DNA from: Terriglobia bacterium
GTDB taxonomy: Bacteria; Acidobacteriota; Terriglobia; Acidiferrales; UBA7541
Assembly (NCBI GenBank): GCA_963695545.1
Contig: OY968796.1
Span: 3,424,001 to 3,488,000 of the forward strand
Reading direction: 5' to 3'
Length of the DNA stretch: 64,000 nt
Part shown: piece by piece, positions 47,608 to 57,291 of the stretch
Position numbering within the stretch: position 1 is the first letter of the stretch
Layout of the letters: the number at the start of each line of letters is the position of its first letter
The notes under the pieces: model-generated
The model's database searches: none
What the model was told of the DNA's origin: nothing
Seen by the model: the letters and a program-made list of their open reading frames with translations, nothing else
Translations under genes and position numbers: made by a program

Positions 47608-48575
47608 GCCGACACCGCTCCTCGCGCACCACGCGCCTTGGCCCGCTCCCAAAGCGCTTCGAGATCATCCGCACTGAAATCCGCGAGCGGGCGCCCTGTC
47701 TCCCGCGCGAACTCTTCCATCATCTGAAATCGCGCTTTGAATTTTCGGCTGGCGCGCTTCAGAGCCAACTCGGAATCGAGCCCCAGAAATCGCGCAAGAT
47801 TCACGACCACGAAAAGCAGATCCCCGACTTCGTCTTCCGTCTCATGGGACCGCCGCGCCATATCCGGCGACGATAACGCTGCGCGCAGCTCGGTGGTTTC
47901 TTCCGCGAGCTTTTCGAGAATGCCTTCGACGCGCGGCCAATCGAATCCCACATTTGCCGCGCGCCGCGTAAGTTGCTGCGCTTCGATCAGCGCCGGCAAG
48001 CCCGTCGAAACACCGTCGAGGATCGAACTGGCAGTTTCGTGGCCCAATTCCGATTCGGCATCGCGCTCTTCCCGGCGCTCCTCGGCCTTGAGCTGCTCCC
48101 ATTTCTTCAGCACTTCGCCGGAAGTTCGCGCGCGCACGTCGCCAAAAACGTGCGGATGCCTCCGCACCATCTTCGCGTGCACGCGCTCGATCAACTCGGC
48201 GATATCGAAGCTTCCCGATTCACGCCCCAACTCCGCATGAAACACGATTTGCAGCAGCAGATCGCCCAGCTCCTCGGCGATTTTGTCTCCATGCCCAGTG
48301 TCGAGCGCATCCAGCACTTCGTAGGTCTCTTCAACCAGATACGTGCGCAGCGATTCGTGCGTCTGCTCGCGGTCCCACGGACATCCGCCCGGCGCCCGAA
48401 GCCGAGCCTGCAGCGCCACCAGCGCCTCAAAAAGTTCCCCCGCGCGTGGCCTGATCTTGGATTTCGCGCGGGCCTTTCGGATTTTGCCTGCCGAGTGCGA
48501 AGACGCGATCTTGGCGCGCGCCTTCGGACGCCCCATCGTTTTCCTTGGTTTGCGGTGGTGGCTGCTGCGGGACAC
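47604..48575 (-). CDS. mazG: Nucleoside triphosphate pyrophosphohydrolase MazG
   Basis: LRAPGGCPWDREQT, EETYE, EELGDLL, RRHPHVF, GFDW, EVGDLLF. Confidence 0.95.
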   Translation of the reverse strand: MSRSSHHRKPRKTMGRPKARAKIASSHSAGKIRKARAKSKIRPRAGELFEALVALQARLRAPGGCPWDREQTHESLRTYLVEETYEVLDALDTGHGDKIAEELGDLLLQIVFHAELGRESGSFDIAELIERVHAKMVRRHPHVFGDVRARTSGEVLKKWEQLKAEERREERDAESELGHETASSILDGVSTGLPALIEAQQLTRRAANVGFDWPRVEGILEKLAEETTELRAALSSPDMARRSHETEDEVGDLLFVVVNLARFLGLDSELALKRASRKFKARFQMMEEFARETGRPLADFSADDLEALWERAKARGARGAVSA

Positions 48576-48827
48576 GGTCGCTCGTTTCGTCTTACGGGTA
48601 TCGGGAAACTCTACGGCACGACCATCGAATTCACAAGCGGAAGCGCGTCACGGCCGCGGCGGATTTTTCATCGATGTCGCAAAGATTTGGTTGGATCGCG
48701 CTCAGGCGCGGAAGCTCCGCGGAGAAAAGATCAGGCAACGGCCGCCGCGCCGACTTTAGCGCGCAAGCAAGGTCGCCGCGCTCCTCGCGGATCACGGCCA
48801 CTTGGCGTCGCGGCGGAGCCGTCGTCA

Positions 48828-50033
48828 TCAGCGTCGCAAAACTCTGATCTCGGCCGGCAGATTCAAAACTCCCGCCCAGCGATCCTGCGGATGACACACC
48901 GGCTTCGTATCCACAACCAGCGGCGGCACCGCGTACCATTGCTCGACCAGATGTCCACCGGTCAGATTGTTGCCCCCGGTGTACACCGCGCACGTCAGCG
49001 TGTACGAGCCGGGCCGCAGCGGCAACGCCGGAATCCGCAATATCACTTCCTGATCGCCCGCGGGAATATCAAGATTGTCGAAGCCCCAGCCACTGAGCAC
49101 CACATTCGATTCCGCCAGCACCGCGATACCAAAATGCCCCTTCGTCACCGGCTCGCGCAGCCTTAGCCGAAAATGGAATCGCACTTCGTCAACGCCATCC
49201 GCGAGCACATTGCCGTTCCCGTTGAGCGACCAGCTCGCAAAGCAGCTGCCGTTGCCGCCCGATTCCGCGCTCGCCGCCGAACTTGCCGATTCGTATGCGG
49301 CCACGATTTTCCCGGTGGCTCCCTGCTCGCGAATCCGCCCGCCGTCGATCCACAGCACGCGTTCGCACAGCCGCCGAATCTGGTTCATCTGGTGGCTGAC
49401 GAAAATAATCGTGCGCCCCGTCTTGGAGACTTCCTCCATCTTGCCCAGGCACTTTTTCTGGAATTCCAGATCGCCGACGGCCAGCACTTCATCGACGAGT
49501 AAAATTTCCGGCTCCAGATGCGCCGCCACGGCGAATGCCAATCGCATCTGCATCCCGGAACTGTAAAATTTCAGCGGCGTGGTGATAAATCGCTCCACGT
49601 CGGCAAACGCCACAATGGCGTCCATCTTCTGTTCGATTTCCCGCTTCCCCATTCCCAGAATCGCCCCGCTCAGAAAAACATTCTCGCGCCCGGTCAACTC
49701 CGGATGAAATCCCGTCCCGACCTCGAGCAAGCTCCCGATCCGCCCGTGAATTTCCGCCCAGCCCGCCGTCGGCCGGGTGATGCGCGAGAGCAATTTCAGC
49801 AGCGTGGTCTTCCCCGCGCCGTTGCGCCCCACGAGTCCGATCACTTCGCCCTGGGCCACGTCGAAACTCACGTCGCGCAGCGCCCACAAATAGTCCTGCG
49901 CGCGCCGCGCGCCGCGCTTGAACGGCGCCGCCAGCGCTCGCGTGATGATGTCGCGCAGCGCCATGTAGCGCTCCCGCTCTCCCACGCGGTAGCGCTTCCC
50001 AAGCCCCTCGACGCGAATCACCGCATCGCTCAT
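48828..50033 (-). CDS. wzt: Wzt-type polysaccharide export ABC ATPase with C-terminal Wzt_C-like domain
   Basis: GRNGAGKTT, GTGFHPELTGREN, YSSGM, DEVLAVGD; about 150-aa beta-rich C-terminal domain. Confidence 0.88.
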   Translation of the reverse strand: MSDAVIRVEGLGKRYRVGERERYMALRDIITRALAAPFKRGARRAQDYLWALRDVSFDVAQGEVIGLVGRNGAGKTTLLKLLSRITRPTAGWAEIHGRIGSLLEVGTGFHPELTGRENVFLSGAILGMGKREIEQKMDAIVAFADVERFITTPLKFYSSGMQMRLAFAVAAHLEPEILLVDEVLAVGDLEFQKKCLGKMEEVSKTGRTIIFVSHQMNQIRRLCERVLWIDGGRIREQGATGKIVAAYESASSAASAESGGNGSCFASWSLNGNGNVLADGVDEVRFHFRLRLREPVTKGHFGIAVLAESNVVLSGWGFDNLDIPAGDQEVILRIPALPLRPGSYTLTCAVYTGGNNLTGGHLVEQWYAVPPLVVDTKPVCHPQDRWAGVLNLPAEIRVLRR

Positions 50034-50468
50034 ATGCAGTACAAAACCATTCCCGTAAGACTATGGCAATCGCGCCCCAAGTCAAGAGCCGCGGCCAGAC
50101 ACATCGCTCCTTCGGTCTTCGATCTCAAAAAGCTCGATGCTCGCTCACAAGTCATCGCGCCCGACAATTTCGTCCCGGGCCCGAGAGCCGCGCCGCAAAA
50201 TTATTCGGCAGGGAAACGCTCGCGGTCTGCCGATCCAATCGAAGCGATTCAAATATTCGATTGGACAAGTGCAAATCGCCGCTGTAGCGTGCGTTTATCA
50301 TTTGTTTAGGCCGTGTTGCTTCGCGTCAAGCGACGCCGCCGAGCCATGTAGCCGCAGATTCCAAGCCACCCGGTCTAGCTGGCAGTTCCACTCGCACCAC
50401 CCGCCACGTCCGCTGCGCAGTTCCCTCGTCGATACGGGATTTTCGATCCAACGATAAACGCATTGATA

Positions 50469-50485
50469 ACGGCATTTTGATTGCC
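50469..50485 (+). promoter_or_regulatory. Putative sigma54 (-24/-12) promoter of the APC permease
   Basis: acGGcattttgattGCc: GG at 50471-72 and GC at 50483-84, exact 10-nt spacing with TTGC; RBS AAGGAGG downstream. Confidence 0.6.
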
Positions 50486-50524
50486 TGAACGAGAACGCGC
50501 ACCGCGGTTCCCTAAGGAGGCCCT

Positions 50525-52060
50525 ATGGTCGACAACAATTCGAGTCACGTGCAGGCCATGAGAACCACCCACACCAAATTGAAACACAACGCGCTCAATT
50601 TCTGGGAAGTGTTGGCGCAAGCCGTCGCGCTGATCTCCCCCAGCATGACCGCCGCGCTGATCGTCCCGCTGATGTTCGGCACCGCGGGCACGGCCGGCTG
50701 GCTCTGCTATCTGTTCGGCACGATCATGCTGCTGTTCGTGGCCTTCAGCCTCAATCAGTTCAGCAAGCGCTACACGTCCGCCGGCAGCATGTACGAATAC
50801 ACGGTCAAAGGCCTGGGCACAAAATTGGGCGGCATGTCCGGCTGGTCCTTGATCTGGGCCTATATGTTCATCGGCATCGCCGGCGTCACCGGATTCACGC
50901 ACTTCGCAACAAAACTGCTCGTGCTCACGGGCGCCAGTGGCTATTTGTCGCATCCCGCGCTCACGCTTTTTGGCGTTTGCGTCCTCTCAGCGTGGTTCCT
51001 CGCGTACAAAGACATCACCTTCTCGACGATTCTCATGCTGGTTTTTGAAGGCCTCTCCGTCACCGTAATCCTCGCGGTGGCCTTCCTCGCGATCCACAAA
51101 ACCGGCATCGTCGATTCCTCGCAGTTGCACCCCGTCGGCCACGGCCTGAAGGACATCGGCCTCGGCGTGGTCGTCGCGATCTTCAGTCTTGTCGGTTTCG
51201 AGTGCGCCACGGCGTTCGGCGAAGAAGCCAAGAATCCGCTCAAAACGATTCCGCGCGCCGTTATCGCCAGCCTGCTGCTCACGGGCGCTTTCTTCATTTT
51301 CATAACCTACATCGAAACCCACGCGCTCGCCGGCAATTCGCCCACGCTCGATCAGCTCGACGCGCCGCTCTCCACGCTCAGCGCGAATCTTGGCGTGCCC
51401 TGGATGGGCGTCTTGATTTCGATCGGCGCGATGATCAGCTTCTTCGCTCTCGCGCTTTCGTGCCTCAACGCCGGCTCCCGCGTGCTCTTCACCATGGGCC
51501 GCTACGGAATTTTCCCCGTTTCGATCGGCAGTTCGCACAAGCGCAATCTCACGCCGCATGTGGCCATCACACTCTTCGCCTCGATCCAGTTCGTCATTCC
51601 CTCCACCTTTATTCTCTTGTCCTACGCGCACGTCGGCGGTTGGCAAATGGCGCCTTTCGACGCCTTTAACGACGCCGGGCTGTTCGGCGCGATGGGCTTC
51701 TGCGCCGCTTACGTTCTGATCTCGCTTGCCACGCCGTTTTACCTGAAAAAAATCGGCGAGATGAAAGCTCACCACATCGCCATCGCGGTCATCGCGATTC
51801 TGCTACTGGCCGTCCCGATCGTTGGCACGGTCTATCCGGAGCCGCCATCGCCGATGAACTATTTCTCATACATATTCATCGCCTATCTTCTGATCGGCGT
51901 CGCGGTCGTTTCGATGCGTAGCCGCACCCTCGACGAAATGGAGGGCATCCGCAAAGTTCTCGAAGAGACCACCACCGCGCCCGTGCTTCCCGTGGGCATG
52001 CCGCTCCCCGCAGCAACTTCGCTCGGCTCCGCTTCCAGAGCCGCTGGCGCGGGAGACTAA
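50525..52060 (+). CDS. APC family amino acid/amine permease
   Basis: About 12 TM helices; SAGSMYEY, FSLVGFECATAFGEEAKNP, SRVLFTMGR. Confidence 0.92.
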   Translation: MVDNNSSHVQAMRTTHTKLKHNALNFWEVLAQAVALISPSMTAALIVPLMFGTAGTAGWLCYLFGTIMLLFVAFSLNQFSKRYTSAGSMYEYTVKGLGTKLGGMSGWSLIWAYMFIGIAGVTGFTHFATKLLVLTGASGYLSHPALTLFGVCVLSAWFLAYKDITFSTILMLVFEGLSVTVILAVAFLAIHKTGIVDSSQLHPVGHGLKDIGLGVVVAIFSLVGFECATAFGEEAKNPLKTIPRAVIASLLLTGAFFIFITYIETHALAGNSPTLDQLDAPLSTLSANLGVPWMGVLISIGAMISFFALALSCLNAGSRVLFTMGRYGIFPVSIGSSHKRNLTPHVAITLFASIQFVIPSTFILLSYAHVGGWQMAPFDAFNDAGLFGAMGFCAAYVLISLATPFYLKKIGEMKAHHIAIAVIAILLLAVPIVGTVYPEPPSPMNYFSYIFIAYLLIGVAVVSMRSRTLDEMEGIRKVLEETTTAPVLPVGMPLPAATSLGSASRAAGAGD

Positions 52061-52170
52061 TCGAAGGCCTTAGCCCGCTCGCGAGTCTCCTCCATCGCGC
52101 CGTCGATTCGACGATGGGGCAAGAGGAGACTCGCGGCGGCTTCGTCCGAGGCCGGGGAGGGCTGACGCAA

Positions 52171-52893
52171 GTGTCGTTCGTCGACCTGATCGTGCGCCCG
52201 CACGTTCCGTCCCCGATTCTCGCTTCCATTCAAATCGGCGCGCCGAAAAGCTATGGCTCCGACGACGCCGCAGACCCGCACGACAAATCGTGGACGACCG
52301 GCTTCTACAAGTCGCCGATCGAGGGGCCCGCGTTCGTCGGCCCGACGAATCTCGCCGGCGACGCCCAAGCCGATCTCAAGCACCACGGCGGCATCGATAA
52401 AGCAGTCTTGGCCTACAGCGCCGATCATTATCCCCAATGGCGCGAAGACCTCCAGATGCCCGACGTGCCGCACGGCGCTTTCGGCGAAAATCTCACCGTC
52501 GCCGGCCTCACCGAAGAATCCGTTTGCATCGGCGATATTTTCCGCATCGACTCGGTGGTCTTCGAGGTCAGCCAGCCGCGTCAACCATGCTGGAAACTCG
52601 CCCGCCGCTGGCGCATGCACGAACTCGTCGCAATCGTCGTGCGCACCGGCCGCACCGGCTGGTATCTTCGCGTCCTTGAGCAAGGCTGGATCGCAGCCGG
52701 AATCCCCGTCGAACTACTCGAGCGCCCCAATCCCGCGTGGCCCATCGCTCGCGCCAACGAAATCATGCACCATTGCCAGATGGACCTATCGCTAACGCTC
52801 GACCTCGCCGACGTCCCGCGCCTGGCCGCCTCCTGGGTCGACGAATTGCGCGAACGCGCCGATCGCCTCCGATCCCTCAGCCCCGTGCGCTAG
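52171..52893 (+). CDS. MOSC + 3-alpha domain protein (YiiM-like)
   Basis: GDAQAD-x-x-HHGG-x-DKAV, FGENL, QPRQPCWKL, GRTGWY. Start uncertain (52114 or 52171). Confidence 0.88.
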   Translation: MSFVDLIVRPHVPSPILASIQIGAPKSYGSDDAADPHDKSWTTGFYKSPIEGPAFVGPTNLAGDAQADLKHHGGIDKAVLAYSADHYPQWREDLQMPDVPHGAFGENLTVAGLTEESVCIGDIFRIDSVVFEVSQPRQPCWKLARRWRMHELVAIVVRTGRTGWYLRVLEQGWIAAGIPVELLERPNPAWPIARANEIMHHCQMDLSLTLDLADVPRLAASWVDELRERADRLRSLSPVR

Positions 52894-53101
52894 CCGCGCC
52901 TGGTTTTCGTCTCGCAGATTCGCGATTTCACAAATCATTGCGGTGCGCTCTAGCGGACGGCGAACGATTTCATTCCAGTCGAACCTGGACCCACGTCCAG
53001 GTTCTTCTTTAGTCGCAGCGATCCTGCGCGGCGCCCGACGGCCGTTTCACGTCTGTTAAGCTAACTCGAAGATCAACACGCCAGTATTGTTCGGAGGTAT
53101 C

Positions 53102-55546
53102 GTGACTCGGCCGCTCATCTGCCTGTCTGTCTTCACTCTCGTCATCTCGGCGGCGTTCTCCAGACCCGCCTCTGAAACCTCGGCAAAGCCTCTCGGCGCC
53201 TCCGAACTGCTCGCCCTCGTGGCCGGAGGCACGCAGACGGAAAATGTGGTGCACGAAATCTCGGCCGACGGACTGGCGTTCCGCCCCGACGATTTCTACG
53301 GATCATTACTGAAGAAAGCCGGAGCGACAGATCAAGTGCTGGCCGCTCTTGATGCCGCGAGGATTGTGGGTGATCGATCGCCCGAAGCTGACTCAGGCAA
53401 GGATTTGCTCCAGCACCTTGCCAATGCCGCCGCCCTCATGAACGATAGGCACTATCCAGAGGCCGCCGCCGAGCTCACATCTGCTCTCTCTCTCGATGTG
53501 CCATGCACCGAGTGTGGCTTTGTCATGGGCCAAGTGCTCCGCCTGCAGGAAAAATGGACGGAAGCCGCGGCCGTCTACCAGGAAGTCTTGGTGCAGGATC
53601 CCGATTTTCCCGATGTGCATACTCGCCTGGCCTACGTCCTCAACCGGTCGGGCGATTTTGAAGGCGCGCTCCGTGAAGCGAAAGCGGCGCTGGCCGTGAA
53701 TCCCGACGACGCCGAAGCTCACCGGACTGCGGGAGGAGAGTACGTGAACATGCAGCAGTATGACGCTGCCGAACCGGAACTTCGAGAGGCGCTGCGTCTT
53801 AAACCCGACTACGGGGCGGCGCGCCGTGATCTGGGCGCTCTATACGCTAATCAGGGAAACCACGATGATGCGATTCCGGAATTCAAAAAGGCGATTGTTC
53901 TAAACCCGAACGATATCGACGCCCATAACTACCTCGGGAGCGCCTATCAAGATAAAGGTGATTTCGCTTCCGCGATTCGGGAGTTCCGCGAGGCCAAGCG
54001 CATCGATCCCACTCAACCCGACGCGCGACAGAATCTTGCCTCAGCGCTCATAAAGAACGCTCAATATGGCGAAGCCATAACGGAGTTTCGAGAGCTTGAA
54101 TCGATGTTCCCCGATTCGGCGATCTGCCACGCATGCCTGGGCAACGCCCTCCTAATGACTTGGGACCTTCCAGGCGCCGAAGCAGAACTTGAGATAGCCA
54201 TCAAGCTGGACCCTGCCGAGCCCTTCCCCCACATAAGTCTGGGTGCCGTCCGCGAAACCCAGAAGAACTACGATGCCGCGTTAAAAGAATACCGCGAAGC
54301 TCTCAGCTTAGACGACACGAGCATGGACGCCTATCGCGGCACAGGCCGCGTCTTGATTGCCCAAAAGAATTTCGCCGATGCCGTCGAGGTATTGAAACAA
54401 GCCGAAAGCCTTAATCCAGGTGACGCGTCCATCCACGATCTTCTCGGACAAGCTCTTTTGGGCACAGGGGACTTCAGCTCCGCCATCGATGAGTTCCGTC
54501 AATGTTTGGCACTGAAGGCCAACCAGTCTCTCGTCATGCTGGAATTGGCGGAAGCGCTTGAGAAAAAGGGCGAGTGGCCCGACGCGCTCGTCGAATATCA
54601 CCGAGCAGCGGCCGCCTACGCGAGCCAGGATCCGCGCACAACTATGATTCGTCCGGACGACCCGAATCCCGTGATTGAATCCAAAGCCGCCCAGGCCCGC
54701 TTCGATGCGTACATCGCCGCTCTCAAGGCCGCCGGAAAATCCGACGAGGCCGCCAGCTTGCAAGCGCGTCTTCAGAGTGTCCAGGCTCCACTAGACCCAT
54801 CTGAGGAGTTGGACGAGGCGCTGCAGGCAGGCGTAACGGCGGCCAGGGCGCGGAACTTTCCTGACGCTACACAGGATTTCGCCCGTGCCGTGGCGATCGC
54901 CGATCAGCTTCATCCGCACGACCAGCGGCTCATCACCGCCCTCAATTACCTCGCGAACATGGAGTCCGCACAAGACTACGCCGGTTCGCAGGCCCTTCTC
55001 GAACGCGAACTCCAAGTCTCCGAGGAGATCTACGGAGCGCAATCGCTCAAGACGGCCGCACCGCTTGAGGCCCTCGCAATGAACGCTATGTTTCACAACG
55101 ACAAAGCCGTCGCCGAGAAATTTTATACCAACGCCGTGGAGGTCAACGAAAGGGCCTTCGGTGCGAACGGCGAACCCGTCGCAGACGCCCTTGTGTACAG
55201 GAGCCGAATTTACTTTCCGCAGCAGCTCGACAAGGCCGAAACCGATCTATTGCGTGCGCTCAACATCGAGCAATCGCTTTACGCCGCGGACGACATGCAC
55301 CTCGCCACCGTGCTCGGTTCCTTGGCCGATCTTTACGATCTATGGGGCAAGCCGGATAAGTCCGAGGCCGCCGATCACCAACTGATTGCAATTCTCGAAA
55401 AGCAATTCGGCCCCGCGGACCCGATTCTCGCCCGCCCGCTCGCTAGCGAAGCAAAAGCTCTTCGCAGCCTCGGCCGCACCGACGAAGCCGCCGCCATCGA
55501 ACAGCGTCTCAACGCGATCGAGCAGTCCACCGCCAAAACAAATTAG
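53102..55546 (+). CDS. Secreted multi-TPR protein
   Basis: GTG 53102 after GGAGG; signal peptide; many A-x-x-L-x-P-D-x-x-x-A-H TPR repeats; C-terminal kinesin-light-chain-like TPRs. Confidence 0.88.
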   Translation: MTRPLICLSVFTLVISAAFSRPASETSAKPLGASELLALVAGGTQTENVVHEISADGLAFRPDDFYGSLLKKAGATDQVLAALDAARIVGDRSPEADSGKDLLQHLANAAALMNDRHYPEAAAELTSALSLDVPCTECGFVMGQVLRLQEKWTEAAAVYQEVLVQDPDFPDVHTRLAYVLNRSGDFEGALREAKAALAVNPDDAEAHRTAGGEYVNMQQYDAAEPELREALRLKPDYGAARRDLGALYANQGNHDDAIPEFKKAIVLNPNDIDAHNYLGSAYQDKGDFASAIREFREAKRIDPTQPDARQNLASALIKNAQYGEAITEFRELESMFPDSAICHACLGNALLMTWDLPGAEAELEIAIKLDPAEPFPHISLGAVRETQKNYDAALKEYREALSLDDTSMDAYRGTGRVLIAQKNFADAVEVLKQAESLNPGDASIHDLLGQALLGTGDFSSAIDEFRQCLALKANQSLVMLELAEALEKKGEWPDALVEYHRAAAAYASQDPRTTMIRPDDPNPVIESKAAQARFDAYIAALKAAGKSDEAASLQARLQSVQAPLDPSEELDEALQAGVTAARARNFPDATQDFARAVAIADQLHPHDQRLITALNYLANMESAQDYAGSQALLERELQVSEEIYGAQSLKTAAPLEALAMNAMFHNDKAVAEKFYTNAVEVNERAFGANGEPVADALVYRSRIYFPQQLDKAETDLLRALNIEQSLYAADDMHLATVLGSLADLYDLWGKPDKSEAADHQLIAILEKQFGPADPILARPLASEAKALRSLGRTDEAAAIEQRLNAIEQSTAKTN

Positions 55547-55677
55547 AACCCACCCCACAATCTTACATTTGCCGATTCTTATTTTGCGGATTTCTGCAGC
55601 GGCGGAGCTTTCTCTGGAAACGTCCCGCATCAATTTATGACCTGCCACTACACTTTCGCTCGGCTCTGGCACCCGCA

Positions 55678-56406
55678 CTACCGCAATCGAATCTTATCCC
55701 ACCGACTGATCTCGATCTGCCCCGCTCTCCGCAGCAAATCCCGCACGGCCTTCGGATCGCGAATCGCGAGCAACGTCATCGGCTGCGGGAGCGTGATCAT
55801 TAAATTCCCACGCCCAAACATCCTTAGCAGAATCGGCGTGGTAATCGTCGGGCTTTCTCCCATGCGAATCAATTCATAGGTCTGCGTGGTCTGCGAGAAC
55901 CGACCCTGCGTCACTTCCAGGCGCTGACTGCTCACGCGGTAAGAAATCGATCTCAATTCCCAAAATCGCCAGCCAATATTCAGCAACGCAATTCCCGCGA
56001 GAATCGCGCTGTACTCGAGCTCCCACCCCGCAATCACCGTCGTGAGATACAAGCTCACGCCGATCGCGATCGCCCATCCCAAAATCAATCTCGCCAGCAG
56101 AACCAACACCGGCGCCGGCCGGTCCTCCCACACCAATTGCTCGTTGTCCGAATGCAGCAGCGCCGGCGCCACCGGCGCAAATGCGCCGCGCTCGCCCGGC
56201 TGCATTTGCCCGTCGAATGTGCTGCTCACCGCGGGCATCGCGCGCGGATCCCTGTGCGCCATCTGCGTCCCGCCCGCCGGAGTCACATAAGCGCCCTGCG
56301 TCGGAGTCACCACGATCTCGCTTCCCTGCGCCTGCCGCAGCCCGCACTTCGGGCAAAACACATCTGACGCTGATATTTCCGCCCCACACCGCGCGCATCT
56401 CCCCAT
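55678..56406 (-). CDS. Zinc-ribbon + 2TM + bacterial PH-like domain protein
   Basis: CARC…FCPKCG; EQLVWEDRP, two TM helices, YRVSSQRL…G…FGRGNL. Confidence 0.75.
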   Translation of the reverse strand: MGRCARCGAEISASDVFCPKCGLRQAQGSEIVVTPTQGAYVTPAGGTQMAHRDPRAMPAVSSTFDGQMQPGERGAFAPVAPALLHSDNEQLVWEDRPAPVLVLLARLILGWAIAIGVSLYLTTVIAGWELEYSAILAGIALLNIGWRFWELRSISYRVSSQRLEVTQGRFSQTTQTYELIRMGESPTITTPILLRMFGRGNLMITLPQPMTLLAIRDPKAVRDLLRRAGQIEISRWDKIRLR

Positions 56407-56517
56407 GGCCCGCATCCCCCCAGCGCCCAAGAATCGGGAAAGTATACACCGCTCACGCGGACGAACGAATGCGCCGAGGCGACGCGATGGATAGCGCGCG
56501 TCCTCCGCGCGAAGGGT

Positions 56518-57054
56518 TTAAGTGTTGGGTTTGTCGTTCTCGAAGTGTGAAGAGTTCGGATCGGCCGCCCCATAATCTTTCAGCGGCAGTGCACTCCGCC
56601 CTCGCAGAAATCCCGGGAGACCAAAACGCCGCTTGGTCTTAAGCTCTGGCCCTGTCGACACGAGCGCGTCCTGCTCCTTCGCTCGCGCCGCGTCGGATTG
56701 CGTCTCCTCATACGGCCGGTCGGTGATTCTCAGCTTCGGACGCAAGAAGCCCATTTTCTCGAGCAAAATTCTAACGCCCGCCAGAATGCCCAGCACGATT
56801 GCGATGTTGTCGTCTAATCTGCGGAGCAGCGGATTGTGTAATCGAGTCTCGGCCGCGAACCAACCCAGCGCCGCGATCCCGATCCACAGCACCATGTGTA
56901 CCTGCCGCCGCTCGAGCAGCGGTTTAACCCATTCGAGCTTGTTATGGCAATTCGCGCATTTCAGCACGCGCCCCCGCACCCGGTTCTCTCGGTAATCGGG
57001 ATCCGACACTTCGTGCCCGCATACCGGACACGCCGCCTTAGCGCCCTTGGCCAT
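56518..57054 (-). CDS. Hypothetical zinc-ribbon membrane protein
   Basis: CPVC…CANC followed by two hydrophobic helices. Confidence 0.7.
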   Translation of the reverse strand: MAKGAKAACPVCGHEVSDPDYRENRVRGRVLKCANCHNKLEWVKPLLERRQVHMVLWIGIAALGWFAAETRLHNPLLRRLDDNIAIVLGILAGVRILLEKMGFLRPKLRITDRPYEETQSDAARAKEQDALVSTGPELKTKRRFGLPGFLRGRSALPLKDYGAADPNSSHFENDKPNT

Positions 57055-57291
57055 TTGCGCGTAGACTCTCCCACCCTCAGTGTGTTGTCAATCTTGCGCC
57101 TCAACAAAAGTTCGCCGGCGGCTCTTGGCAATGCCGCAAATGGATATCACCACCGCCGTGCGCGGCAGCCCCGTTATTTCAGTTTGAATATTCGGTGATA
57201 TGGTGAAGCGACTTCGAGCGACGCGTTCAATAGGCGAGACGGAGACCCGCGACGATATTTTTGCATATCGCCACGACTTACTCGGTCCCGA

